From Calcarisporiella thermophila CBS 279.70 (lineage: Eukaryota > Fungi > Calcarisporiellomycota): a DNA stretch of 64,000 nucleotides. The notes under the pieces are model-generated. The model searched no databases. It was not told the origin of the DNA and saw nothing but the letters and a program-made list of their open reading frames with translations. The translations under genes and the position numbers were made by a program. Location: the NCBI RefSeq assembly GCF_041956535.1, contig NW_027192194.1, positions 794,802 to 858,801 on the forward strand, read 5' to 3'. Below, piece after piece: positions 24,680-39,003 of this stretch; the first letter of the stretch is position 1, and every line of letters starts with the position of its first letter.

Positions 24680-24930
24680 ACCAAATGAAGGGCATTTGCT
24701 CGTCCATATTCTCATTTTATATATATCTTATTTTGATCTTCTTTGCTCTATCCGCCCTAATATATATATACTCTCATTCTATTTCTTGTATTTATCTCCA
24801 ATTTTCACTTGTCACCATTAGGTTAATATTTAGTAGTATAAAAAAAGTAGTTTATAGATGAATAAAAAAAAGTAAATTGCTCCCAAAAAGAATATTAATA
24901 AAATAGGATACTAAAAATGAGTTTTTTGCA

Positions 24931-26850
24931 CTATTCATACACTTCCTCGTAATCCTGCGGCAGACCTTCTTCCTCCTCTTCATCCGCCTCTTCGCCATCT
25001 TCCTCATCATCCTCTACCTCGGCTGCTACTTCATCCCCGTACATATCTTCGCCTGTGCGAGTACCGCCATTCTCGGTTTCCCCGCTCATCATCCCTATCG
25101 GAGACGAGGCCGTCATTATGCCATCGCCTTCCTCCGTCGCATCGTCCACAAAAGTCACATCCCCCTCTCCTGTCCCCATATCCACCTCTACCCCCGTTGT
25201 AGTTCCGGCCTCCCCGGATGTTCCGGGCTCCTCTGTTTTTATGTTCTCCTCTACACCTGCTAGTGCGGCAGCCTTTGCGAGGGCAGCAGCCGCTTTTTCA
25301 GCCGCAGTTGGCCTTACTGTGCCACGAGTCAATAATTTGCCGAGTTTCTTTTCAGAAGCGTGTGCTACACCGTGCGCGGTTCTTGTCTCCATTTCTTCGA
25401 AATGTTGCCATATGTAATTGCGGCACTTATCAGCATTTGGCAAATCTTGAATCATCTTGGCTATGGTGGGGTGGGTGAAGCCATAATAGTCCGGCCCCGA
25501 AGCAGCATTCGAGTGACCACGATTGCGAATGGCGTTGGCCTCTCGCACCACAGTTGTCCATCCCCCTGTCGCCGAGTTAGCAACAATCGGATTGTCCTTG
25601 CGATCCTCCGGAGTAATGACAAACTAGATACACAGCAGGTTATATTTCACCCCATCGAGATAGCACAATAATTTGTGTAGTGGTATACCTTTGGGAAATT
25701 TCCGCCTTCTCCCATTAATATCTCACAATGATACAGCACTTGTTTTGAGGGATTGATGGTACTCATGTAAGGGCGTGAAATGTGGTAATGTAACGGAAAA
25801 ATATACCGGGGATTATGGAAAAACTCGCGATCATATACCACCTCGCCCAGGTTGTGAACGGTAAATATTCCCACCTGCGCGGGCAGCTTGTAATTACCAT
25901 TTTCGTCTCGCTCTACTCGTTGCACGCGCCTTACTTTGCCCGCAATAGGCTTTTTGAGACGTTGACGCTTGCGCTCGGGGGGTTGACCGGTAGAAGATTT
26001 GCGCTTACGTTTGGCTACCGAGGTTTCCCCAGCAGCAGGAATAGGCGTCGAAATAGGAGGAGAATTACCGGTACTTGGAGCCGGGACAGAGTTATTTTGA
26101 GATTGTGCGGAGTCTTGAGTTATTACTGAGGCAGCTTGCGGTGGCGAAACTAGCTTGTTAGATTGTCGGTGAGGAGGACCTGGATAGCGACCATTATGAA
26201 ATGATTTTTTCTTTTTTATTTTCAAAAATGCCGATGGGGTGTCTCGACTTACCAGGCTCTACCTCAGAGTCAGAATCGATCAGGTCAGAAGAGCTCCCCG
26301 AGTCCAGGGAGTCTGTTCCCTCAAGCCGTCCAATTCGGTCAAGTAATGCACTATAATAATCAGAATGCATTTAATAAACCGTCCACTCCGCTATTATTAG
26401 TCTCAATACCCACTTTCTCTGCCTTCTAAGTGTCTGCAATTTCTTCCGTGATCTCTCGAGAGCGTATAACACTTGATCATTGCGCTTAAATATTACGAAA
26501 GGGATCATGAAGTAAGTAGAGATCACCAATGACGCGTAGCAATCTTCAAATACCTGCATAACTTCCTTCAACTTGCGTTTCATCTGCTTATACTTTTCAA
26601 TTGTGAATCCATTCTCTCTGGCGTTACTACTGCTTGCTGGTCGGCCCCGTCCTCTTCCACGCCCACTTGCTGGTGTGGATGAGGGGTGATTAGTTGTATT
26701 TGTTGAACTGGTTGTATTGGTAGTATTTGCCGCATTGGAAGTAGTTGAGGCGGTTGCCGTATTTGTCGTATTCGTGGTGCTAGTTAAGATTGTTGAACTT
26801 AGGGGTGCGGCCGGTGTCGCGCTCACAGAATCGTTCTCTAATGGGAGCAT
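24931..26850 (-). CDS. TBRG1-like protein: coiled coil plus FYRN/FYRC domains (spliced)
   Basis: EKYKQMKRKLKE coiled coil; VHNLGEVVYDREFFHNPRYIFPLHY (FYRN); SGPDYYGFTHPTIAKMIQDLPNA (FYRC). Confidence 0.85.
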
Positions 26851-27109
26851 GAGCCTGGAAATGGGAGAAATTCTGTTTAAAGTACAGGGGAAGTGAAATG
26901 GCAAAAAGTGGACAAGAAGTGCGATGTGTGAGAAAAACGAAAGGGGTTTATTTTCGATAAAGCTAAAGAATTCCAAATTGAAAATTTCAATTGCCATTAT
27001 CTAGAAATTGACTCATTTTATCCTTTTATTGCTTGAAAAATAGCAAACGTTATTTCTGATAGAGACGACGCAAATAAAATATCAATATACAACATCTAAA
27101 CACCATGCC

Positions 27110-28322
27110 CTATTTAGTTTTTGCAGGCTTTCTACGTCTCCCCCCTACATTCTCGGCTGTCTTCGCTTCTTTTGAAGCCCGGGCTCGACGACGAGCAGCT
27201 TGACGCTCTGCCTCTCTTCGCTCTCTTCGATTCATTGGTCGTTGCTCAGCGTTTTCATCCTCTTCGCTTTCCTCCAGTCTCTCCCTTCTCTCCCTCATTC
27301 TCTCTCTGATCGATGTGGGTCTTGCTTCTTCCCCTGAATCCCTATCTTCCTCCGCTTCTGAAGTGCGTTCGTCGAAACCCTCTCTTTCAGTATTTTCGGC
27401 GCTCCCCTTCGCTTGTTTACGACTATTTCCTTTCCCTGTCAATAACTTCGGGAGCCCAATTATTCCTTTCGCGACTAGTACAGGAAGTTTAAATACGATC
27501 ATATCAAGCACTCTGGGTGTTTTCAAATTAGCCTCGTCCCAAACAGCACATTCATTCTCGGTCTCCCAGAAAGCAATTGCACCATCATTCAACACCTCAA
27601 CCCATCCATAATCTTCTAAAAAGACTCGATTCTTTCGCACTCGCTTTCCTGCACGCGCGAGCATAGCAGATCTGGCGTCTTGTACCAACAACCGAATTCT
27701 CTTTCGCTCTTGATAAAAATTGATCCAACCAACCGCGTATTGAAGGGTCGAACTTAGGAGAGTCAGGAAAACTAGAACAAATGCAAGACCAGGGCGGTGG
27801 CGACGATAATAGTATCCCGTGCCACGCCAACGAGGCACTCCGTTTTTCAAGAAGAAATCATAGCGTTGGCGGCGATAAGGATCCCGAAGTATATCCTTTA
27901 TGACACCAAGACGAGCAAATCGAGCCTGAGATTTCTTTCCAGGATTCTTATCGGGACTAAGAGAGAAAATATTACGATTGTCATCTCTGTAGAACTATGT
28001 AATAAATTTAAAGACTAACTGAAGTTCAATCGAGCGACGACGATACGCACGATCGATTTCAGCGCGGGTACTTGAAGGTTTGACACCAAGAAAAGAGTAA
28101 AAGTTAGTATCTTTTCCCTCAGCTGCTTCTAGATCATCAACCAGATCGAAAATTTCATAGTCGCCTAAATTCATCGAATGCCTGAATTAATCTATTTGCT
28201 CGTCGTCAAATATACTGTGGTATGCAAGTAGACAAACCTTCCTCCCACGCTAGAACTGATGGTAGAATCAGAAGAAAGAGAGAGAGGATCGTGAGGAGGA
28301 TTAGCCGCTTCGATGCAGCCAT
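27110..28322 (-). CDS. ERJ5: ER DnaJ protein Erj5/DNAJC1-like (spliced)
   Basis: Signal peptide, WEEGDYEIFDL, J domain with PDKN, KNGVPRWRGTGYYYRRHRPG, TM helix. Confidence 0.88.
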
Positions 28323-28424
28323 CGTGTGTTGTTTTAATTGAACTTTTGGAAACTTCACAAACTCGGAGTAAACTAGCTATTATCTAATAACTTTGAAAAT
28401 TTATGGCGCAGCCAATATTGAATT

Positions 28425-28478
28425 ACGCGAAAAATTTATAAATTTCTTGATTTTCAAATTATTTCGTGGTTAACGCGA
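28425..28478. promoter_or_regulatory. MCB/SCB/E2F-like sites upstream of POL12
   Basis: ACGCGAAA at 28425 and ACGCGA at 28473, just upstream of a replication gene. Confidence 0.5.
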
Positions 28479-28505
28479 CAACGCTAAAAATTTTAAGGAG
28501 AATAC

Positions 28506-30679
28506 ATGTCCTCGAGAGATAACCGAATTTTGATTGGAAGTAGCGGTGGCTCTGGGGTTGAAAATCCAGAGTTCACTAGAGATTCCTTAGATGAATTGTA
28601 AGCTTAACTTTGATAATATCAATGTTCTTCATTTTCGTGTATTCAACTAACTGTTTCAATCTGTCTATATAGCTTGCAGAGTGTTGCACCAGTGACTCCG
28701 CGATCCAAATCGCGCACAACCACTTATTCCACTCCGGAACTATCACGGACCTCTAATCGTATATCTACGCCGTCCAACCGGCCAGGAGTCATATTTTCTC
28801 CCTCAAGTCAGAATTCTCCTCTAAAGTAATTGTAAAAAATATGTAGTTGAATACAGCACAAATTAATTTATATGTATTTTTATTCTAGACCGTCTGCTCA
28901 GGGAGTAAAATTTGCAGAGCGTACAAACAAAGGCAAAGTAGAGGAGATTTTCAATTCCAGTATTCCCCTAAGTAAGCAGCCAGCTCTACGCAAACGCTGT
29001 CATATCACGACTCTCGAGGGACAAATGGAAGCGTATCGATATATGTTTGAGAAAATCATGAATAAAGCTGATGGTAAATTTTAAGTGCTATCTTTAAATC
29101 GAGTAGTTGGAGAGCCCCCGTTTACAACGGCTTTTATTTAGTATTGGATGACCGGATTGAGTACTTTGCCGAAGTTTACCAACAGCATTATGGATTCGAG
29201 TATTTTGGTCATCCCGCTTATCCAAGTCAGGACGCTTTTACCACTATCGGACGAATATGCTGCGATGCCGAAGGTCGCCTCAATGATCAGTCAGTAATGC
29301 TAGAAGCATCGCGAGCTATTGGAGGCGGAAGTCGAGTTAAGCTGATACTGAATGAAACACAGGAATTTGCATTATTCCCAGGACAGGTACACTATCCAAT
29401 ATGGACCTTTTGGTAAAAAAGAAAGATTTATGTTAACCGAATATATAGATAGTTGCATTAGAAGGAGTCAATAGCTCAGGCAATTCAATTGTTGTATCAA
29501 AGATATACCCTGTAAGAAACCAAATCTCTGAAAATGTTATTGAATTATCCGATTAATCCAAGAATCACTTTATAATAGCTCCCACCGCCGGATTTATATA
29601 AATCCAAAGCCCAAGCTCTTCTGGATTTTAATTACAGTGAGCAAGGCTTAGCAGGGGCGCCTATGACAGTGTTCGTTGCTTCAGGACCCTATACTTTTGA
29701 GGATAATCTCTCGTATGAACCCTTAATTGAATTACTAGCCAAAGTAGAAGAGGAAAAACCTGACGTACTTATACTAGTAGAGTATTTATTTACGCCGCAT
29801 TTCAACCCATTGTTTAGCTAATTTTTATTATTATTTTTTAGCTTGGACCTTTTCTGGATCAAGATCATCCACTCATAAGAGAGGGTAAAATAGATCAGTT
29901 GCCTAGTGAAATATTCCACTCGCGCATATCCTATCCACTTTCTCAACTGGAGCAAAACTGTCCTGGAACAAATATCGTATTAGTGCCAAGCACTAAAGAT
30001 ATATGCCATGAATATACTGTATTACCGCAGCCACCTCTCTTACGAAGTGGAGGAGAGCTGGGCTTGCCCAGAAATATCGAGACAGTACCAAATCCGGCGG
30101 TTTTTAGTGTCAATGAAGTGAAGTTTGGAGTTATTTCTGCGGATATGCTGTTTTTGCTTGGTGCGGAAGAAATTGCACGGTACTTTGATACCCTATTTAC
30201 TCCTGTCTATTATATCATTAATTAGTTATTTTTAATTATAGATTCCCTAACGGTATGCACACGGATAGACTTGCTCGACTTTCAAAGCATTTGCTTGAGC
30301 AAAGAAGGTAGTTGAAAAACGCTCCTGTAAATATATATCAAAACTAACATTTTTTTACCATCCTAGTTTTTATCCACTCTCTCCTCACTCACTAGCTGAA
30401 CCTCTCTCCTACAGTCACCTATCGCAACTCAATCTTCTCCACTCTCCCGATATTTTAATACTTCCCTCACAACTTAAACATTTCACCAAGGTGCTAGATC
30501 CATATGAAGTTGTGTGCGTAAATCCCGGAAGATTAACGAGAAAACAAGCTGGCGGCACCTATGCCAAGTTAACTATACAGAATATAGCTCGAGAAAAACT
30601 GGAAAAAGAGGCTCCCGAAGAAACAGAGCTCAAACATTATATCAAAGAAAGATGTAGAGTTGATATTGTGCGTGTATAA
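28506..30679 (+). CDS. POL12: DNA polymerase alpha subunit B (spliced)
   Basis: YRYMFEK, GRICCDAEGRLN, FALFPGQIV, VASGPYT, LGPFLD, PDILILPSQLKHF, VNPGRL. Confidence 0.93.
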
Positions 30680-31038
30680 TGTAAATTTTTAAATATAACT
30701 GAAGCTTTCGCTCGAAAAACTGGAGCATGTTGCCCTATATATAAATCGTGCTAAAGTTTTAACTCCACAAAAAGAACCATACCCAGAACCATGAATGACT
30801 AATTTTTATAAATATCACTTAGAATATGGCACACTTCTTTCTCTATTATTCTTTTAGATTCAATTGGTTGTCCCTGGACATTATATATTATTATTCCTCT
30901 ACCTGTATTCTCCTGATTGTCGAGAGTTTGAGCAATTTAGTCGAATATTTGATCTCTATTAAGCCACTGAACTCACCATCGTATAAATTAGAGATATACT
31001 ATAGTTGCTTTTTTGAAACAAGAAATCTACAATTAAGA

Positions 31039-32674
31039 ATGGCAATTGCCTCGTTATCACGCTCTCAACCAGCCTCACATCTTCGTGTAAATATAATAAA
31101 GCATATCACGCAAGGTCGTTTCTCGAAGCCATCCATTAATACTACTCTTCTGGCCAGATCATTTGCCACTGATTCCCCTCCCACCCCACCAAAACGATCG
31201 CTTGTTCGAAACATTACTCTTGTGCTAGGTGCAGGAATTCTTGCCAAAGTGCTATATGACGCTGGTAAACGCCAGGCTACCATCCACATAATGGACAACA
31301 CTCAGCCTCCTTCTCAGAGCGGTGGTAAACCCGATATCAATTTCAAACTCATGAACGCGCTCACACCAGAACAAGTAAACTTCCGATTGAAAGAACATGA
31401 GAAGAGTGTCAAAGAGAGAATTGGCACTGTATGGCGCTATGATATCAATTCTGTCGCAAGCAACTACCCGATCGAAGATGACCATTCACAAACAGTAGTT
31501 TCCATGCCAAATGGAGGCCAAAAACTTTTGCTCTCAGTCTTTGATGGACATGGTGGTTGGAACTGTTCAAAGTGGCTTTCGCGTCGCTTGGGACACGAAG
31601 TTGGTACAGCACTTGTTACTGCCGAGCAGAATGCTAGTAACAAAAATAGAGTTGATGTTATCACCGAGACGATTCAGCAGACATTTTTGAAGGTAGATGA
31701 TGAGATTGTCAACAAAGCCGCAGAACACGTCCTGGCAGATAAGAATATGACGCCTGCTGATGCCACTGCTACTCTGTTACCCGCCCTTAGTGGTTCGTGC
31801 GCCATTATGGCATACTTAGATTCCGAGACCGATGACCTATTTGTAGCTTGCACGGGAGATTCCAGGGCAGTTCTTGGAGTCAAAGATGGAAAGTGGAAGG
31901 CGGTAGCTTTGTCGGAAGATCAAACGGGGCGAAATGAGTCAGAAAAGAAGCGAATGCAAGCTGAGCATCCTGGGGAGGAGAAAACAGTAATAAGCCGGGG
32001 ACGAGTCCTTGGTTTTCTTGGTAATATATTATATACTCTTCTTCATCCTTGCATTTATTATATATCTCTACTAAGAACCTACAAGGGCTTTCGGTGATGC
32101 CACTTACAAATGGTCTCTTAAGGTTCAGGAGCAGTTATTTGATCGATTTTTCCCTAATCGACGCTCGGTGCCGAGCGCTTTCTCTACGCCTCCCTATGTG
32201 ACTGCAAAACCTGTGGTCACCCACCATAAGATTACCGACAAAGTCAAATTCCTTGTGCTGGCAACAGATGGGCTCTGGGATAAATTGACAAATGAACAGG
32301 TGGTTGAACTGATAGGTGGCTATCTTGATGGATACCGGGGAAATCGGGTCGATTCGACTTACGGTGCTAATCAAGAAGAAACCAAGACATCAACTAATTC
32401 TTCACCCAATACGGCAACACCACACAATCCGATGGTTAACGAAGACCGACCTCCCAAATATTTTGCCTATGTTGATAATAACGCGGCTACTCACTTAATC
32501 CGAAATGCGCTTGGCGGCGCAGACGAGGAGAGAGTAGCAATTACCCTTAGTATTCCTTCTCCCATGAGTAGGAAATTTAGAGACGACATTACCGTGACAG
32601 TGGTTTTCTTTGGCGACATTCCTACTAATGGACTCGCCCGAGATCCCGTTCTCCCCTTAAAAGCGAAAATCTAA
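31039..32674 (+). CDS. PTC5: Mitochondrial PP2C, pyruvate dehydrogenase phosphatase-like (one intron)
   Basis: ASNYPIEDD, VFDGHGGW, ALSGSCA, CTGDSRAVLG, EPTRAFGD, TPPYVTAKP, ATDGLWD, RDDITV. Confidence 0.92.
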
Positions 32675-32935
32675 CTTGCAAGTCTATTTTGGTCTGTTTT
32701 TCGTAACCCTTTACGTTCTGGTTTGGTCAGAGTATATGAATTTTCTTTTTTGGAGCCACAAATCGCCTTTTCAATATATATATGAGATCGCTACCTATAA
32801 AGACAATTTGTTCGCATCGTTTATTAGATATAGAACATGCAGAAGAGGAAAAAAAAGTCCAACATAAGGCTAAACTATCCTATCACAATATACAATATAA
32901 CAAATTAAAAAAAAAAAACTTTTTGTTCCTCTAAA

Positions 32936-35251
32936 TTAATCCATTTTCACTTTCTCTGGTTCAGAATGCGAGACGCTTCCGTTCTTCCAGTTTGGAGTCC
33001 CCTCTACATGCATTCTCTCTTCTACCTCCTCTTCGCCAACTGCAAAGCTTCGTTCTACTACTTGATCTGATTGAGATTGGTCTCTATTAACTACCAAAGT
33101 TAGATTCTTGAACGGCTTGGATGGATGTTTGAAAGGGCAATTTGGTCGCGCGCATATCAGCCCAAACTTGCATGGCGTCTCTGCCATTGCACTGACACTG
33201 CTCCATTCAGAATCCCATGGATGGATGAAGTGACAGCCGGGGCGAGTGCACTGCTGGCCGAAGCGGCACGCACGCAAAACTTTTTCGACTTCGTGAAGAA
33301 AGGGGCAAGTTGCATTGGTACAATTAGGGAAGAACTTGCATTTGGGCATAGGGGCACTTGGTTTGGAAGATTGATCTAAAAGAAGTGCTGATCAGTGAAT
33401 GACTAATTAAAATGACAGCCAAACCAACTCACCTATAACGCTCTCTTCTGCACCTCCGTCCCAGCTATTTTCTTCTCTCTCCTCCCTTAAATCTGTATTT
33501 GAATCCCTCCATCTTCCTCGTCCTCTCCCCATTCCCACTCTTTTCGCTATTCCCCCCCCTCCCCGCTCCTCTCCCTCTGGATCCTCTCCCCATTCCTATT
33601 CCAGTTTCTAATCCCATCTCCATTGATGGGAATTTCACTTCTCCACCCTCTTTAATTACTTTTACTAACTCCTGTACTTCAGGGCGCGGATCATCAGGGT
33701 GAATCTTATCACAGGTGGTGGGGGAATTGCCACAATTAGGCCAAGCGGGGCAGAGTTCGGTGGGATGCGCAAACTTGCACCCCGCACCTTGCCAGCAGTT
33801 TGGCCAGTGTGCACATTGCTGTCGTGACGAAGTCAGTACGATAGAAGAAGCATCCGTGTATGCATCTGAGTTATTATTGTACATCATATCAGGGAAGACG
33901 GGCATTCCAAAAGGCATACCTAGTTTTTAACAGTCAATTAACATATATCCTGGAGATTTCATCTGTAAGGAATCTTTCTACACACCAAACGGTGCCATAG
34001 GCATCGGAAACATTGGACCGTTCATTGGGATATTTCCTTGCTGCATATTTTTTCGCGTTCCAAGTCGATCCCATATTGGTTTATTTCCCTCTCTCTTTTT
34101 TATTGTGTCACTAACTTGGTGTTCACCAATTCGACTCTCCTCTCTATGGTCCTTTTTCTCACGATCATGCTCTCTCTCTCGGTCGCGGTCTGCCCTTCTT
34201 GGGCTGGGATCGCGACTCCTTCTCCTGTAATCTGAAGATCTCTCTTCAGCTCTACGATCCTCATTTCTACGATCACGTTCTCTGTATCTCCGGTCATCTG
34301 GCCTATATTCATCATATCTCCTTCTCTCTTCTATTATTTTTAAATACGTGTTTAACTATATTTCCCTTGAATATGTGTAAATGAAGCAGCTAACTCACCT
34401 CTACGCTTTTCATAGGTATCATAGCGTCTGCTATAGCCATTCATACCCCTCCGTGGAGATCTTTCTCTGTCACGATCGTACTCTCTGCGTGGGGACACAT
34501 CCCCACGTCTAGGAGATCTTTCTCTCCGCCATGATGTCTCATCTATGTCACTGAGCAATATTCAAATAATAAAAAATTAATAAAAAATTGAAGAGTAAAT
34601 ATGAAATAGAATTAATGATTACCTTCCGCCGCGACCATCATCATTCTCTGTATCCATCATGGTTTCAGCTCTTGAGGCATTTTCTCGACCGAAAGATTCA
34701 ATCGTTTTGAAAAGCCATTCAGTAAATGAAGGATCTGATGACATATAAAAATTGTTAAATTTAATCCCATTATCTACAAAAACCAATGTTTTCCTACCGT
34801 AATCCTCACCAATAACTACAAATAGATGGGGAAAAATGAATTAATCTTATTGTAAAGTACAAAATGAGTCAATAAAAGTTACCTTCTCTGAGATCATCAT
34901 CCATTTCAGCTAATTTGAGTTAAAAAGAAGTCAGATCAGGTATATTTTATATAGGTTGGAGAATTTTCAGAAAAAACACTCATTCAGAGAGAGTATTGAC
35001 AGAATACCATACCTCTACTTTTACGGCTTTCAACCATAACCATCACGTATTCGGTAGCCGATGGATCTATGTGTTGACCGAGAATTTAATAGATTATTGC
35101 CAGGTCAATCGCAATCAAATCAATTAATACTGGAAAAATGAAAAAAATGTATACCATCACCGGTTACGTATCCATAGTCAACAAGTTTTTTCTGCACTTG
35201 ACCTCTGATCTTTTCGATATGAGATTTATCCAACTGATAATCCATCACCAT
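32936..35251 (-). CDS. NAB2: Nab2/ZC3H14-like tandem CCCH poly(A) RNA-binding protein (spliced, several microexons)
   Basis: N-terminal PWI-like region, RS/RD-rich linker, five CX5CX4-6CX3H fingers. Confidence 0.78.
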
Positions 35252-35559
35252 TATATCCTTGATCTTTTGTCCCAGTAAGTACAAGGAACAAAGGAGTATT
35301 TTCAGGTATTCCCACCAACCTATTCGAGATGTGACTATTATTTTTTCAAGCTAAATTCAAGTATAGCAAATATCCATAGTAAGATATTTCGGAGCAAAAA
35401 ATAAAAGACAAAAAGGGATAATACATTGAGAAATAAAACACAAATTCAATAGACCTTATCACTATTTCAACACCTTTTTTTACTTGCTCGATAATTAAAA
35501 TCCATAAAAAACAACAAATGTTTATAATGTCCGTTTTATTTAAACAAGTGAGAAAAGGT

Positions 35560-36410
35560 CTAGAAAAGCATGCGGTGTGGAGCCTGGCCCTTAGTAAGGG
35601 AAAAAGAAGCTTGAAGATAAGAGCGTAGGTGAGGAATTTTAGAAATGGCGGATATAAGCTCTTTGTCGACGGATTTCTGATCAGCGATCCTAGATTCAGC
35701 AAGCGGCTCCTTCTTCTGTAGACGAGAACGCAAATTAAGAAATTTTGCATATTAGATTGAGCAAAAAATAAAAAAACAAGCAATATTATACCTTTTCGCT
35801 ATCAAAGAACTCCTCCTCAGTGGCTTTCTTCTTGCTGTCCTTACTCTTTTTAAAGTAGGTATCGTTGAATTTTCCATCAATCTAATACGACGAATTAGAT
35901 TACACGCTCCACTAAGGCTAAAAGAAATTACTCAACCTGAATGCTAGATATATCAATCTTGGTGGAAGTTGCGATAACATAAGCCTGATTCACGCGTCTT
36001 AATGGAACGCCATTAAGTTTGAAAGGTCCAGTCACAAGCAGAAGCCCGCTCTCCAATTGTTTCAAAAATACAACGCGTTTTCCCCTAAAGCGCCCAGCCA
36101 AGAGAATAAGAACCGTACCGGGCGTTATGTTAGAACGCAATTTTGTGGGCTTAACACTCTTGCGCGAAATTTTTGGCTGAGGTATGTCTTCTGCAGGATA
36201 GAAGCGAGGGGCTTTACGGACGGGCACAAGGCGCGAGCTGCCATTTTTATCACCACCAACAGTCACTTTTTTAACTGCTTCAGCAGTGGGGGCAGCAGCG
36301 AGAGCATCCTTTTTCTGACGCTTGTAAAGACCTTTCTTCGCATAAAGAGCGGACCGCGAAAGGCGCATTATGCCAGGGGCAAGAGCACTATTTCTGGTAT
36401 TTTGTGCCAT
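35560..36410 (-). CDS. RPL6: 60S ribosomal protein eL6 (spliced)
   Basis: [61 protein letters not shown]. Confidence 0.98.
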
Positions 36411-36869
36411 TTCGATTGATCTGCGGGTTGCTTTTAAGATTTCTACTGAAATAAAACACCCAATGTGAGAAATTCAAGGAACATTCTACTGAAAAAACTG
36501 GATGAGGTGGTAAACGAATTCGATAATTCCATTGCAAAATTCTTCCTTTAGAATTCATTTCTTTATATAAAATCTTAGGAATTCCCTATCTTAAATCCTC
36601 CATCCACCAAGTCATCCTCGCATACACGCATCCATCCATCGCCCACTGTCCAACATCCAATTGAAAGTTTGAAGATTCTCTACCTTAATAGGCGACCCCA
36701 AGGCAAGAAGGAAAGAGATAGCATTATAATATTCGAGTACAATATTTCAATCATCTTCGATGAAAGTGGAGAAATTTATGACGTCAACAATTTTAACATT
36801 GAAAATGAAATCTCCATAGTGAATAAATAGGTTGAATTGCCTCGATTATTCGTTATAATGATATATAAA

Positions 36870-38263
36870 TTAAGATGCATTCTCCTCACGACTCCCCTCG
36901 CTTCTATCTCCTCCGATATCCGCATTCACGTTTAATACATCTAGCCTCTTTTCGTATTCAATCCTTCCCACCTCGTCACCAGCTATATTAGCATATTCGA
37001 CTGCCTTCATAAAATTAGCAAGTGCCTGTTCCCTATCGCCCTTTACCTAGAGAGATGCACAATTATATGAATAAATCTTAAATTGGATACTTTGAAATAT
37101 CGTCAAACCTCTTGTATTAGCCCAATATTACCCAGAATGACTCCCGCGCACTCGGCACAATCTCTCTTTCCCATATTTTTCAGACATATATTCAGACCGT
37201 TTTGTAACCATGACACAGCTTCATCCTCCTTGCCCATTCCAAAGTATAATTCACCAATATTCCCTGCGATTATTGCCTCCAAGCATTCCCAAGGGATCTG
37301 TGATATTGATCTCCAGTTGTCCGAGGTTTCGTCATCTTTCAATTCTAGACTTCGCCGCGCTTGGATCATTTTAAGTGTGCCAAGGTAGAGGGTTAATGCG
37401 TGCTGATACTCTCGCTGCATAGCATAAAGCCCCGCTATCGCCACCATACATCCCGCTAATTCTGGCGTGACTTTATCAGGGTTCTCAATTGCCAACACGA
37501 ATGGGCTCGTCTCTTTCTCACTTGCTTCTGCTCCTGTTTCCCTGCCGATCAATTTGCGTAAAGCCCAAACAAGCGCTGCCTCTGCACTTGTAAAATCTCC
37601 TAAACGAGTATAAAGTTCGCCAAGCCGCTTCGATACTAGAGCTGCTTTGTTTTCTAATTTGTTACGAATCAAAATTTCACGAAGGCGGGCGTATTCGTTG
37701 GTGCCTTCTATAATGTCTCCATTTCGTATTTGATCCTCGGCCATCCGTAGCCATACATTCATCACGGATGGATCGTTCTCATCCATTCCTGCCAAAATTA
37801 TATGACGAAGAGCTAATTTCAGATATAATCGCGCAACTACAAAATCGGGAAAAATTTCTTCGCGCACATATGCTGCCCGTAATAGCGCACGTGCCTTTGA
37901 AGGGAACGTGCGTGGAGTAGGGTGTAGGTGCTCGAGGTATAGATGTAGAGCTTGCCAAGAAAGATAACCAGCAACCGTAATGGAAGAAGCCGCAATCACA
38001 GCATATTTTATATATTTAAAGGAAATAGATCCTACGTGGCGAAGAGTAGCCCCTGTATATGTCTGATCTTTATCAGTATTGCGCAGTAGGTGACGACGAG
38101 ATATAGAAAGGTTAGCGGAATCGGTTATCATGTGAGAGCGCGTAGTAGGAGTGGAGAGCTGAATATAGTGTATACATGGCTGCTGTACACGAGAGTTGAT
38201 TAAAAATTGTCGTTGAAAAGGCCTTGCATTATGTGCAAATAGACGCGATAATCGTGTAGCCAT
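36870..38263 (-). CDS. Mitochondrial TPR-like membrane protein (Mgr3-like, tentative)
   Basis: Arg-rich presequence, single TM, helical TPR-like repeats; 386-aa exon plus terminal exon. Confidence 0.65.
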
Positions 38264-39003
38264 TTTTTCTTTCGTACAGATATTTCCAATTTCTATTTGG
38301 TGTCGAGTATTTATATGATGGCGCAGTTTTCTTTTTGGTAAGAGGTATCAATATATCATAGAGGCAAGGAGTTGCAGCGAGAAAAGAGAAATGGAAAACG
38401 TTTTATAAGGAGCTGAAGTCTTGACAGCCAGAAAAAATGATTTTAAAGGCGGCTCTAAAGAAACTCTAGTATACTCGGCATATTGAAGAATGCTCGTTAA
38501 AAGGAGGAAAACCGATTTGATATAACAGAAAATAAAATAAATAAAATAATTCTTTAAATTTTTGTGCTCCTTGAACCAGTTTTGAAAGCTTTTCTTTCTA
38601 TTACTCCCTGTTTTCTCTCTACCAAAACGACTACTCATTAAATTGACCAAACCATTGGTTAGATGCGAATGTAGCCTTTCTTTTCATATTTTTTTTTCCT
38701 TACAACTCCTACCAATTTCATCTTCCTAGGTTATAAAATTTTAATACCCCAAGAATTCGTCCCTTGCAGGGCTACTAATTTACTCTTTTCTTTTCGTCTC
38801 TGAGAAGAGTTGTGATGGCTTTTGATTCTTCAAATTTCATACATTTTAGACTTACTACAAAACCATCACTTTGTTTACTTCGTTATCTCTCTTTAGAACA
38901 TCTCCCTCTTCTAGTGTAGAATCCCCACTCTTCTCCCTCCCTCCCTTAGTGCTTTACTTACTCCCTTACTTCACCTAATTTTATTGTAATTTCAAATCAA
39001 GAG

